64,000 nt of DNA, from the NCBI GenBank assembly GCA_964016885.1, contig OZ024741.1, forward strand, positions 140,182,001 to 140,246,000. The letters are read 5' to 3'. This DNA comes from Eledone cirrhosa (lineage: Eukaryota). This document shows positions 50,600 to 62,263 of the stretch, in pieces; within the stretch, counting starts at the first letter, position 1, and every line of letters begins with the position of its first letter. Both the position numbers and the translations under genes were made by a program. Under the pieces are notes generated by a model that saw nothing but the letters and a program-made list of their open reading frames with translations, did not search any database and was not told the origin of the DNA.

Positions 50600-51880
50600 T
50601 AAATACTCCCTGGATCATACACTACAAACCAACAGATTCCAAATAATACCTGCTATTCCCTTACAACTATCCAAAGCACACGAAGTCGAACCTGTCTTTT
50701 AACCTAGCAAGAAGAATTTGCATAATTGTCTCCAATTATGAAATCCGAAATAAAAGACTTCAAGAATTAAATGAAATTCTACTCGAAAGTCAGTAACCAC
50801 CATTACTAATAAATAAGGGAATAGAAAGGGCTAAAGCAATAGGCAACAGAATCAAATTCAAGGTACGTCTAATATATTCTCACCATCTGAACATACTAAC
50901 TATACTCCTACACACACATACACACACACATAACACCCATACACACACACAACGCCCTCCCTCATTTCTACTAATAGAATCATCTTCCTATACACACACA
51001 CACACACACACAAGCACACAAATAAACATACATATCTCTAACTTCTTTATTTCAATAGAAAGACTATATTCTGACACCCCAGCGGACAAGCCATGTTCAC
51101 TGAACCAGAACAATTTTCCCCATCCCATTTTTCTTGACCATTATCTTTTGTTTGGCACAACATTCTCTAAAAGGATACAAAATAAATTCTCAAATACGGG
51201 CGCGAATTTAATGTACTTGTTCACGTGACAGTCAAATTTCATTTATAACCAATCAAATTACATTTCAGCACATCAGTCATACTCAGAAAACCTCTCTCCG
51301 TCCCTTTTTATTGATCATTATCTTTTGTTTGGCACAAAATTCTCTAAATGGTTATAAAAAAATTCCAAAATACGGGCGTGAAATTTAATACACTTGTTCA
51401 CGTGACAGTCATAATTTCATTTATAACCAATCAAATTACATTTATAAAAAGAAGCCTTCGTGGGCCACTTTTTGTAAAGTGAAAAAGAAATTCAAACACA
51501 AATTGGCGCGAAAGCTGATGTGCTTATTCACGTGACTACATCAACCAACCAAACTTCACTCATATATGAAAAAATAACCGGAGCCCCCCCCCCCTCTTTG
51601 TTTGAATAACTTGTAACGCGAACTGGCGCGAAATGTATTATACTTATTCAACAACCAACCAAACAACTTCTCTAAAAACCTGGCATTTCGAGCCACATTT
51701 TTCCATATAAAACAGAAGTTACATTCAAAGACCAACCAGATGTGAGAAAAACCACAGACCCTCCACCTCAACTCTACTTTTGAAAAGCAGAGGAACTGCG
51801 AAACCGGTAAAGGAACCAAATAAATATATATTTTAAAAAAAAAGACTCCAGTTGCATTTTCGATTTCATCTTTTTTCCTT
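50600..51880 (+). mobile_element. Decayed Neptune-like PLE (relative of the 29-33.7 kb element): RT thumb scrap, repeated 3' UTR and terminal HHR
   Basis: HYKPTDSK*YLLF...PKHTKSNLSFNLARRIC...RLQELNEIL aligns with 29965-30870; tandem ~180-bp units at 51115-51450; ends in (CA)n. Confidence 0.75.
51777..51812 (+). ncRNA. Minimal hammerhead, U3-A8 core
   Basis: CTT-TTGAAAA-GCAG AGGAA CTGC-GAAAC CG GTA-AAG. Confidence 0.7.
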
Positions 51881-51897
51881 ATATATACACATATATA

Positions 51898-52034
<137 letters not shown>

Positions 52035-52039
52035 GCATA

Positions 52040-52725
52040 TATGGTGCTACGTCATCAGTTTCCAAATGAATACCTGGGGGCTTTCAAAATGTTTATTCAT
52101 AAACATACCATATATCGCTAGATATATGGTATGGTTATAAATATGTATACATCAATGTTGGAGCGAACATCTTAATTCTATTTTCTGGCCGAGCCACCCG
52201 ATAGCTCTATATGCATATGAGGCTAATCAGTCCACATGCATAGGTTTCCAAACTATATGAGTTCACCCATATTGAGTTCCAGGAGATAGCAGGGTAACGG
52301 AGCTCTGTCGTGATAACGACCAGACAGAAATGGCGTCGTCCACGTTTACCCTTGCTATGCCTCTGTTGAAAGCCGATAGATGGCACTACGTCATCAGTTT
52401 CCAAATTCATAGTTGAATACTTCGAAAATATGTATTCATAAACATACCATATATTGCTAGAGGTACAAAATAATCATACTTCTATGTATTCAGCTATGTT
52501 AGAGCGAACACCTTAATTCTATTTTCCGGCCGAGATATTCGATAGCTCTATATGGAAATGAGGCTATATGGGTGCCAAAACTATATATTTTCACCTATAT
52601 TGAGTTCAAATAGAGAACAGGATAAGGGAGCACTGTTCTGATAACGACCAGTGTCAGAAACGACGTCGTCGAAGATTACCCAACATTTGCTTCTGCTGTA
52701 ATATGCTAGATGGTGGAAGTCTTCA
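52040..52725 (+). repeat. Old tandem repeat, ~330-340-bp unit, with an HHR-like remnant in each unit
   Basis: TGG..CTACGTCATCAGTTTCCAAAT at 52042 and 52381; GTGATAACGAC..GAAATGGCGTCGTC at 52310 and CTGATAACGACCAGTGTCAGAAACGACGTCGTC at 52638-52670. Confidence 0.65.
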
Positions 52726-52729
52726 TGTT

Positions 52730-52917
52730 TTATCTTTCTCTCCTTTTTTCTGCTAACTCCTCCCTCACTCCTTCTCAGAGTCCCCCCCCCCCCCCCACAA
52801 TCCTGATGAAGGGCTTATGACCGAAACGTCGCATCCCCCCCCCACTATCACTAAGCGTGAACCCAATACCATTTGTAACTTGTACTCCTGCGTTGTCAAT
52901 TGTTGTTTTTTGTATTC

Positions 52918-52920
<3 letters not shown>
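52730..52920 (+). mobile_element. pLTR fragment with intact HHR core at 52803-52830
   Basis: CTGATGA-AGGGCTTATGACC-GAAACGTC; same family as the 9.7 kb and 19.6 kb copies; stem I poor; ends in (TA)n. Confidence 0.7.
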
Positions 52921-52955
<35 letters not shown>

Positions 52956-53160
52956 AAAGAGTCAGGACCCCAACGGCTGAGCTCTGGCCATTTCAACAGC
53001 TATATCCGAACGCTTTGTTGTTATATACAGATATGTATTGGAATGTCGTATTTCAGAAGAAATACGGTATGTTTAAAATAAACATTTAGAGAGCCGTCGT
53101 TATGCCAAAACACCACCAACTAATGGCGTCAGACGGTGTCCAGCAGAAGTAAGACGGACA

Positions 53161-53206
53161 ATCGTAGATGGTCATTTCGAACTGATCTGTGTCTCATCAG
53201 GACGAT
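53161..53206 (-). ncRNA. Type I hammerhead in a short non-coding repeat (~52970-53420)
   Basis: Minus ATCGTC-CTGATGA-GACAC AGATCA GTTC-GAAAT GACC ATC-TACGAT; AUC triplet; 53025-53072 recurs at 53367-53412 (~342-bp period). Confidence 0.65.
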
Positions 53207-53554
53207 CCCTCCCACTCTTGCAACTTCTGGACTTTGAAAACCAGCGAGAATATATGGTTTTCTCGTATGTGTAAATGAGGTGATTAATCTCATTTGTATA
53301 TGAATCTGTATAAGTTGGCTCAACTTATAATAGAATATAATTACAATTTAGCTTCAGGTATAGTTGTATACAGATATGTATTGGAATTTGTTATTTCAGA
53401 AGAAATACGGTATTTATATGTATGTATGTATATACCTATATATACATAAATAAGACCACTATTGATCCAACCAGTCTACTCACCATCAATAACTAACCCT
53501 AAATATATATACATATACATTACACTATATACATACATATATGGTGCCTGCAAC

Positions 53555-53830
53555 AAGGTTTCGAGCAATGCGAACGCTTGCTATATAAGCATGAACACCA
53601 CCGACGTAGCTTTTGATCATGCTAGGGACTTTCCTATGACCAACAATGCCATGCAACGCAAAAATATCACATATCAAGCGATGCCTGTGCTTGAAACTTT
53701 TTAAGTGGGGAAAGTCTTTGAACGGGAACAATTCCACTCTTTGAACATCGGATTCATTTACTCAAAATGTACAACTGATCTACATCATTGGATGCAAACG
53801 ATGTCGCAGGTTTATATCAGAGTGATCTTC
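53555..53830. repeat. Unclassified ~280-bp dispersed repeat with internal inverted repeat (copy 2)
   Basis: Aligns to 37060-37340; AAGGTTTCGAGC...GCTTGAAACTTT. Confidence 0.7.
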
Positions 53831-53883
53831 TCCAAAATAGATGTCTCAATGAGAACTATGATTTTCTCGGCTGGCAAACGGAA

Positions 53884-53919
<36 letters not shown>

Positions 53920-54864
53920 AACAAGCAAGCAGGGCCGTCAAACACACAAACCCTGATCGCAGTCACATCCAAAACAAACGCAAAGCAATCATTGAATATC
54001 CTATACTTAAGACGCTGTCTTGTGAAGTTGTATTGGGGGTTGTCTAGTAGCTGCATTACGTTATCATTATACTATTAACGATACATCCATTACGTTAATT
54101 TTTATAATAAATTATTATTATATAGCTTACTGAAATGAAAGACAAATTTCGGTAAAGATTAATAGAGCTATACTATATGACGCGTAATATAATACACATA
54201 GACGAGATACATACATGAGTCATCCAGTTTGTAAACTACGGCTTCCAAAAACAAGTTGAACATTTTACAGAGCACGATTTTACAATGAAAATAGTATTAA
54301 ATTTATATGTATTTATTACCATCATAGGATAGTGGTGATCTAGAGCTTCAACTACGAAAAGATAATACTACCAAATTTTCTTTCAGAGATAAGGAATCAC
54401 CATTGAAGTACGTATGTTCAATCACATCTATGCTTCTATTCTCCTCTAATCTCAAGTTATTTTTACACAATCAATTGGTGTGAATCAATAGTTTCCTATC
54501 CACAAATAAAAACATACTTGAGATATCCTGTTACAAAGATTACTACTAAGGTCAATAAATGTTGAGCTCGATAATTTGTAGATTAAATGTCCACATACAA
54601 AACTGGTAATAAGCAATTAGGAAAGCTCTATCTTTTCTTGGCAGGCAGCCCTTAAGGTATTTATGATTTCATATAAACTATTGGTATTGATAATTATACA
54701 AAAGAACTGAAATGTAGAGTGCTATGGCGGTAAATTGAATTCTTAACAGTATTTAGTTCCGGTCTTTTACATTCTCTGTTCAAAACCCGCCAGGACCAAA
54801 GGTGCTCCTCTTTCTTATTATCAACTCACTAGTTTTGATTCGGTTCTCGCCTCGCTCTCTCTCC

Positions 54865-55007
<143 letters not shown>

Positions 55008-55481
55008 TATATGAACAAAAATATGATGGTCGGTTGTGTAGCTATAAATCCTAGCCAGGTATGTAACAGGATTAGGATGAAATGAAATTAAGCCTTACAA
55101 TTTCCTTTTCCGTCTCTTGATACATTGCTAGTAAATGATAGTTCTGAAGGATGTTCCAGCAGGACAATACAATATATTTCAGCCAAGAAAATAAATGTCT
55201 TTATGGCTACAAGAATTATGTGGTAAATGAAACAAGTTAGTAAACATTCCTCAAAAGATATTATCCATTGGAATCTTACATAATATCCCTCTGATATTTC
55301 TATAATATCCATATGAATATTACGCAATGATAAATGAGATATGTAATCCAAAATGTATTATTATTACTTAACATTAACTATTTAAAGTGTTCTTGCCTCT
55401 CAAATATATCAAGGGAATCAACAGATACTTTCCAAAAGCTAAAACTGTTCATGTAATCAGTAACAGGTTATACAGGTATTT

Positions 55482-55644
55482 ACACCTTCCTACACACCCA
55501 GCGCAGCAACAAGTGGGGGTTATTTAAACGTATGCATGCTACGAATTTTGAAATCCATATTTTAATGACGTGTTTCAAAATTCGTAGCATGCATACGTTT
55601 AAATAACCCCCACTTGTTGCTGCGCTGGGTGTGTAGGAAGGTGT
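55482..55644. repeat. Perfect hairpin, 72-bp arms, 19-nt loop
   Basis: 55482-55553 is the exact reverse complement of 55573-55644. Confidence 0.95.
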
Positions 55645-55812
55645 TCTCTTATCTTAATTTTCAGGGACCTTCATAGTAATAGAGTGTATGGCAATGCTCT
55701 CCCTTAGAAGGACTTTGCAACAGTTTCTGTCTTTCCAGTTACACTAGAGGTTATTGAATATAAAAACGGAAGTAGGGGCGAGGACATTATATATTAGATA
55801 TGAATATTTAAT

Positions 55813-56030
55813 GGTGGATAGGCAGTAACGGTATAGGGTCGGACGCCATGCTTTGCAGCATATAGTTACGTCCCTTTATGATCTGACTTCAAATCCCGCC
55901 GAGGTTAACTTTGCCTTTCATCCTTACAGGGTCGATAAAATAAAGCATCAGTAACGTACTGGGGTCGATTTAATTGACTTTCCTCTCCCCAAAAATTACT
56001 GGCATTGTGCCTGTACTAGAAATCATTATT
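55813..56030 (+). mobile_element. SINE family A, full length
   Basis: Head, B box GACTTCAAATCC, core and tail present. Confidence 0.87.
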
Positions 56031-56522
56031 TAATTCAAATATGAAATAAATATCATATTATTGTAAGACTAACATTAATTAACAACACAAGATACGTTAT
56101 CCGTTGAAGTAAAGCGTATATAGGATAAGAGTGCTGCGGCATGTTTGCCGATGTCTTGTATGATACTTAACAAACGAAACATTATGTTATATCTCTTTCA
56201 CAATAAGCAATGAAGTGTACCAGAGTCAGTAGTATGCCTATGCTAGTGAATGGTTATCACTATACATACTTATATACCTACATATATATGGGTGCCTGTG
56301 TGTGTGAGCGTGTGTGTGTGTATGCGCAGGTGTGTAAATGTTTGGTTTATAAGTTTGTGCACTAAAGAACAGTAAACTTGTACTGAAAATAAGAATCAAT
56401 AGTTATTGTGGAATCAAAATATTTGTTATTATTCTGAACTGTTTACTTCAATACTTCGACATTTTGGTTAAAGCCTCTATACGTGAAACATTCGTGTAAA
56501 CAGTCATATATACATATATACA

Positions 56523-56563
<41 letters not shown>

Positions 56564-56564
56564 T

Positions 56565-56663
<99 letters not shown>

Positions 56664-56889
56664 AGATATATGTAGTTATATATATATGTGGAAACTTTCT
56701 CTGTTCACACACACACACACACTCACAGACACACATATATATATATGTGTGTGTGTGTGTGAACATAGAGAGTTTCCACATTAAGGTCTTAATGGATTGC
56801 ACATAGTTACGCCCGTCTCACAGATGGGTGGCCCAGGATCTGTATGTATGTTATAGGCTCGACATCAGACCGTTTTGGTCATTAGAATT

Positions 56890-58500
56890 GTAATTGCACA
56901 AGTTGTATGTTGACATTTTCCGTGTAGAAACTATCTATTTAGTTTTGCTTCAGGAGCTCATCGTGAATTCTTTTTCAGTTAGGTTTGTGGAATTTAAGCT
57001 AGCTAGAGACTGGGTGCTTCCTCTCGGCTGCATATCTACAGTCTTCCTTGGACTACATTGTACTATTTCTACTACTGTATGGTCGGAGAATATCGTTGCT
57101 GTCTCTTTCACATTGTGGATGAGGTCCGTGTTATTTGTGAAGCAGAGATCCAGGTTATTCTCACCTATTATTGGATAACGTACCATTTGTTCCATTAAAA
57201 GTCTGTTTGTAAAGTCCAACAATGATTCTGTCTACCTGTCTTCCTTAATTCAAGTGCCAACTCTCCTGAGAGGGGTTGACCTTCGGGCCATTTGACCTAC
57301 GGGATGTTACAATCTCCCAGCAGCAGGATTTTGAGACTCTGATCAAAATTGAGTAGAAGTTCATCAATCCTTCTGATGCCCTCGTCAACCTGGGCCTCAT
57401 GACTGGATGCGTCGGGTGGTGGATACGTGATATATATATCACCCTTTTGAGTTGCTTTGCGTGTACTATTTGCGTGTCACAGGCAACGTTGTAATGTGAC
57501 ACCAGAACTAATATTGTGACAACTTCGCGGATTTACAAAGCATCTCCACCATGAGTTCCCTCCCTCTATCAGTAAGAAATACAATATAATGTGGTATGGT
57601 TATTTCCTCACCTGCTACGCTAACTTCCAGGTGAGTTTCAGTTAGTGCCATACATATCGCTTGATTGTTTGAGGCTAGGTCTCTTAGGTAGGGGATCTTA
57701 CACATGTTGGTCAGTTTTACAAGGCCTCTATCATTTAGTAGTAGCACTGGTGTGACATTTGTTATGTCAGTGGGAACCGCTGATATGACAATTGCGTGGG
57801 TATCAGTGTTGGCCATCCTGGGTTATTTAATTGTGGTGGTCGCGAATGCTGGTGTAACTGACTTTGGCTTTGTATCTGATGAAGCCAAGTCAGCTGTCTC
57901 ACAATCGTTTAAAAAAGACTGTTATTCCTCAGTTACAGTCTGTACGGCTTCAGCATACTTTCTCTTCACCGGGATAGTACGTGGAACCCAGCATACCTCC
58001 TAGGCAGTAACCCAGTTTGCTGTGTTGTTTGCCTATGTTGGCTTTCGCTGGAGTATTTGGGATAAACTAGCTGGGCACAGCTCCCATAGAGTCTAGGGAA
58101 AAAATCTGCAGCCAGTTTTATTTAGCCCATGTCGGCAGGTCCCTTTCCTGTAGAACTTACAGAGTACTTGGGCTTTCATTTTCCCAGGGTCTCTGCTTTT
58201 TTCAGTTCTAGTCTTCTTCGCTTTAGCATTTATCGAATAGTCACCTCCTGTTTGTTTACGCTTTTCTTCCTATTGCGGTCCAATTGGTCGTTCTTTAGTT
58301 TACCTTTGCTGCATTCAATTGTTTCATTTACTTTTTCTTCTTCTTTACTGATATTGTCTGCGTCGCAGGCCATCTCACTCTTAGAGGTTCTCAGATACTT
58401 CCGGACTTCCGTGGGTTCTTTGTGGCTCTTTTAGTTTCCTCCTTCCTTCATTTCCTCTGTTCACCAAATCCATGTGTTGCCTAATGAGTGTATAGGCATG
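56890..58500 (-). mobile_element. Decayed 5' part of a CR1/L2-type LINE (ORF1 remnants plus APE endonuclease)
   Basis: LLNDRGL...KIPYLRD...MALTETHL...IPHY.VFLTDR and NNLDLCFTNN...FSDHTVV are APE motifs; clade call tentative. Confidence 0.75.
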
Positions 58501-59519
58501 AATAAATTCGTTCTTTTTTCGTTCTTTTTTCGTTCAATCTACGCAGTGTTTTCAGAAAGCCACAGCTTAGGAAAGTCTCCTTAACTAGTTTGTTTGATGG
58601 GGAACTACCTGCCAAGCTCTTCAATTATTTCAATTTCCAGTTACGTTGAATCTTGTTTTCTTTTTCATAAACATTGTTGCTATTTTAGAATATTTCGTTG
58701 TGGTTTCAGAAAAAGAAACGGGTTTTAGATTCTTACCCCAGAAGAAATGAAAGAGAAAACAGCAACAACAACAAAAAACAAAAACATGTCCCTTTCTTCA
58801 TTAATATCTCGATAATTAATTAAAGAAGTAAATAAAACACCCATCTCAAATATTTCAATAATTAATTAAATAAATAAAACGAGATACTTACGATTACTAT
58901 TTCAATTTCAACAAATATAATAAATTAAAATAAACTAGTTTATCGAAAGATATCAGAAAATAACAATAATGTAATATATCGTTGTTTTTCGAGAATTAAA
59001 GAATAAGCAAACAAACAAAAATATATGAAAATCAACCGGTTGTTATATATTGTGCTTTTAGTAAAAATATACGGTGTAAGTCTTTCGAACTCCAAAATTA
59101 CTGACAATAATAAGATAAAAAATAAAATGAAAATAAAATAGAAATATAATTAACCCAGTGTTAAAAGAGAAATCATTTCGATTTATTGGGTTTAGAATAA
59201 ATTATGAAAATTCTTACTTAAGAAGGTGACTCAAAATAAGGTATAACCACATAATATAGATAAAATACGGAAGAATACACGTCATACCTTCAACATTCAC
59301 ATTCCATTTTACTTTCCATTGCTTTTAAAAAGGAATTTAAAACAAGGACATTATAGTTTTAATGAGGATTTTTACGAGGGAAAAAAAGGACAAAGATCAA
59401 CCACCAACTTATAAAAAATGATATATACAAGCAGGAATCCTGTTTGAAGCAGGCACTGTTTAAAATTGAAAATGAACTAAAAATCTCCGTGTAAAAGAGA
59501 AAACATGAAGGTGCACCCT

Positions 59520-59580
59520 AAGTACCATTAACACACTGGGATAATTGCTAGCCTTGTGCCAAAAGTAGAAACAATTATTA
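59520..59580 (+). mobile_element. SINE family A 3' fragment
   Basis: AAGTACC...GCCTTGTGCCAAAAGTAGAAACAATTATT. Confidence 0.7.
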
Positions 59581-61190
59581 TTATTATTATTATTCCTTGA
59601 ATCTCAGTCATTGATGTTAGTTAACTGGAAAGTCCGTTGGAATGAATATCAAGCCACTACCTGCAGCCTCAGATATTCAGGACGTATCGGAGGGTTCTTG
59701 CTGTTCCCAGCAAGCATGCCATTTGAAGCGTTCCAAAAAGCGTGAAGGGGCCGATTTTCTTTAACCATCCCTGGAAACCTTTTGAGATAGTACCTAGTGC
59801 GCCTATGACAATCGGGATCACTTTGACTTCATGGCAGTTCCAAATCCTCTTTACCTCCCACTTTAAGTCCTGGTATCGGTTAATATTCTCCCTCTCCTTC
59901 TCTTGCACTCTCGTGTCGAATGGGCAGGCCACATCCACAATCAGACACGATCTTTTTTCTTTGTCCACAACCACCAGGTCAGGTCTATTGTGTTCCAGTT
60001 TCTTGTCCGTCTGTATCCTAAAATCCCACAGCACCTTCACCTGATCGTTCTCCATCACCGCCTCTGGCTTATGCTCATACCATTTCTCAGAATGTGGTAA
60101 ATTGTTTACTTTGCACAGGTGCCAGTGGATCACCCTGCCCATCACATCATGTCTCCAGCTCTTATAGTGGGTCTGGGCTAGGTGTTTACACTCGGATACA
60201 ATGTGAGCCACAGTCTCCTCTCTCTCTCCACAGATCCTGCACAGTGGGCTAGCCTCCTCCTTGTAAATATGGTGTTTCAACCACTTCGTTTTGAGGGCCT
60301 GCTCTTGCGCAGCCATTAACATTCCTTCTGTAGCCTTTTTAAGGTCTCCTCTTTTCAACCAGTTCCATGTCTGTGGATCTCTAAATTCAGTTTTCTCAAA
60401 GAAGGTACTATGAAGGGATTTTTCCTGAAGGCTGCTCTTTCTCCTTGATGTTATTTCCTCCTTGGACATTCCCTGGCCTATTGTCCCCTCCTTCAGTACA
60501 GTTCTGAGCATTGGCTCCTTACTATCAGTCACGTATTTGTGTAGGTTGTTTTTCCCCATCTGAACACAGTCCTCTATGCTGATAAGACCTCTTCCACCCT
60601 CAGATCTCCTTAGGTAGAGTCTATCGACATCACTCCTCTTGTGGAACATGTTGTAGATAGTCAATAGCTTCCTAGTCTTCCTATCCATTTCTTTTTATTC
60701 AGCAACATTCCATCTCAGAATTCCCGCACTGTACCTAATAATAGACACAGCTCGGGAATTTACTGCGCTTATGGCATTTCTGCTGTTCAGATGTGACTTC
60801 AATACGCTCCTTATTCTCCGAATGTATTCAGTTCTTAACAATTCCTTCATTTGTTTGTTCTTTATGTCATCAGCCTCCAGAACGCCCAAATACTTGTATC
60901 CTTCCTCAGAGTCAATTTCCTTTATCATCTCACCTGTTGGTATCTGGATTCCGATGCTTCTGCTCAACCTACCCCTCCCCATCACAATGACTCCACACTT
61001 ACTAATACCAAACTGCATACATATATCACTGCTGAAAATACGGACAGTGTCAACAAGCACATCCAACTCCTTCTCACTCTTCCCGAAGAGCTTAAGATCG
61101 TCCATGAAGGGGAGGTGATTGATAGTAAGCCCTCCCTTTCCCAACCCGTATCCTGCTCTCACTTTTCGCAGTACACTGGTCAGGGGCATC
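59575..61190 (-). mobile_element. 5'-truncated R4/Dong-like non-LTR retrotransposon (RT C-half, CCHC, restriction-like endonuclease), (TAA)n 3' end
   Basis: NHLPFMDDLKLF, YKYLG, CRICGEREETVAHIVSEC, WRHD, RPDLVVVDK...IVDVACP; ORFs 60695-61189 and 59669-60688 share a frame split by one TAA. Confidence 0.9.
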
Positions 61191-61583
61191 AGGTGAAGTT
61201 GCCGTTATCTGGCTGTTGTGTTTAGTGTTCACAGAGTGGTGATGGAGTAGGTGGTGTATCTAGTTCCTGGTGTTGGTGAGATTGCTGTTGTTTGGCTGTT
61301 CTATATAGTGTAGACAGAGGAGGGGGGGGTCTTCTTCTTCCATTTATAGCCATTTTCTTTTTTGAATATACATTGTACAATACAAAGTTGAATATTTGAA
61401 TATTTGAGCCTTATAACAATATATTTTGGGTCCGAATTTTTTTGGGGCTCAAGCCGGATGATTTACGTAACATTTGTGAAAAGAGTTGTTATTTCACAAA
61501 TGATTTAAATATGTTAAAAAATTCAAAACTTGCGGGAGCGATTTCACGACCTTCTATCCACCGCGTGCGTCTTCTCCCTATTA

Positions 61584-61629
<46 letters not shown>

Positions 61630-62224
61630 GAATGCCATGGTTGACGGAGACTCGTCTCTGTAAGTTATAGTAATTTTTCACCGCTATAACAATTGTAAAT
61701 TGTTTAAAACTTGAACCAAATTGTAGATAAAAACACCCTCCTCCTCGTGAGAGGGCTCTTTCTGTCCATTTTTTGGCCCTTCGAGGTTAAATAACCGCTT
61801 ATTCGGGTTGTGTGCCCAATATTCATTTTAAACCGTAACAAAAACATGGCTACAAAAAAGAATTTTCACAAGTAACTCCCACTCTTTCCGTCTTCTTCTT
61901 CCTCAATCGTCATTACATCAGAGAGAAGATTGTCTCTCTCCCTCCCTTCTCTAAATATGGTGTCACCTCTTTCGCAAGCGACGCCATTAAAGAAAATGAA
62001 AAATATAGTTGCTTGTAGCTTTCACCAAGAGAACGTGCATACCGTGGAACATTTCTCCACGACGACGACAACGACGAAAAATGTGTGCGGTAAATACGGA
62101 AAGCCATTTCATTCGCCTGGCGTCATGAAGAATAGCAGCAGCAGCCCTAATAGCAGCAGCAGCAGCAACAGTGACAAGGAAACACTAGTAGCACCCGCAA
62201 CAATATCAGCAGCAACAGCAACAA

Positions 62225-62263
<39 letters not shown>

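Noticed and set aside
52050-52400. Minus-strand CTGATGA at ~52052 and ~52392
   Set aside because: No stem II followed by GAAA.
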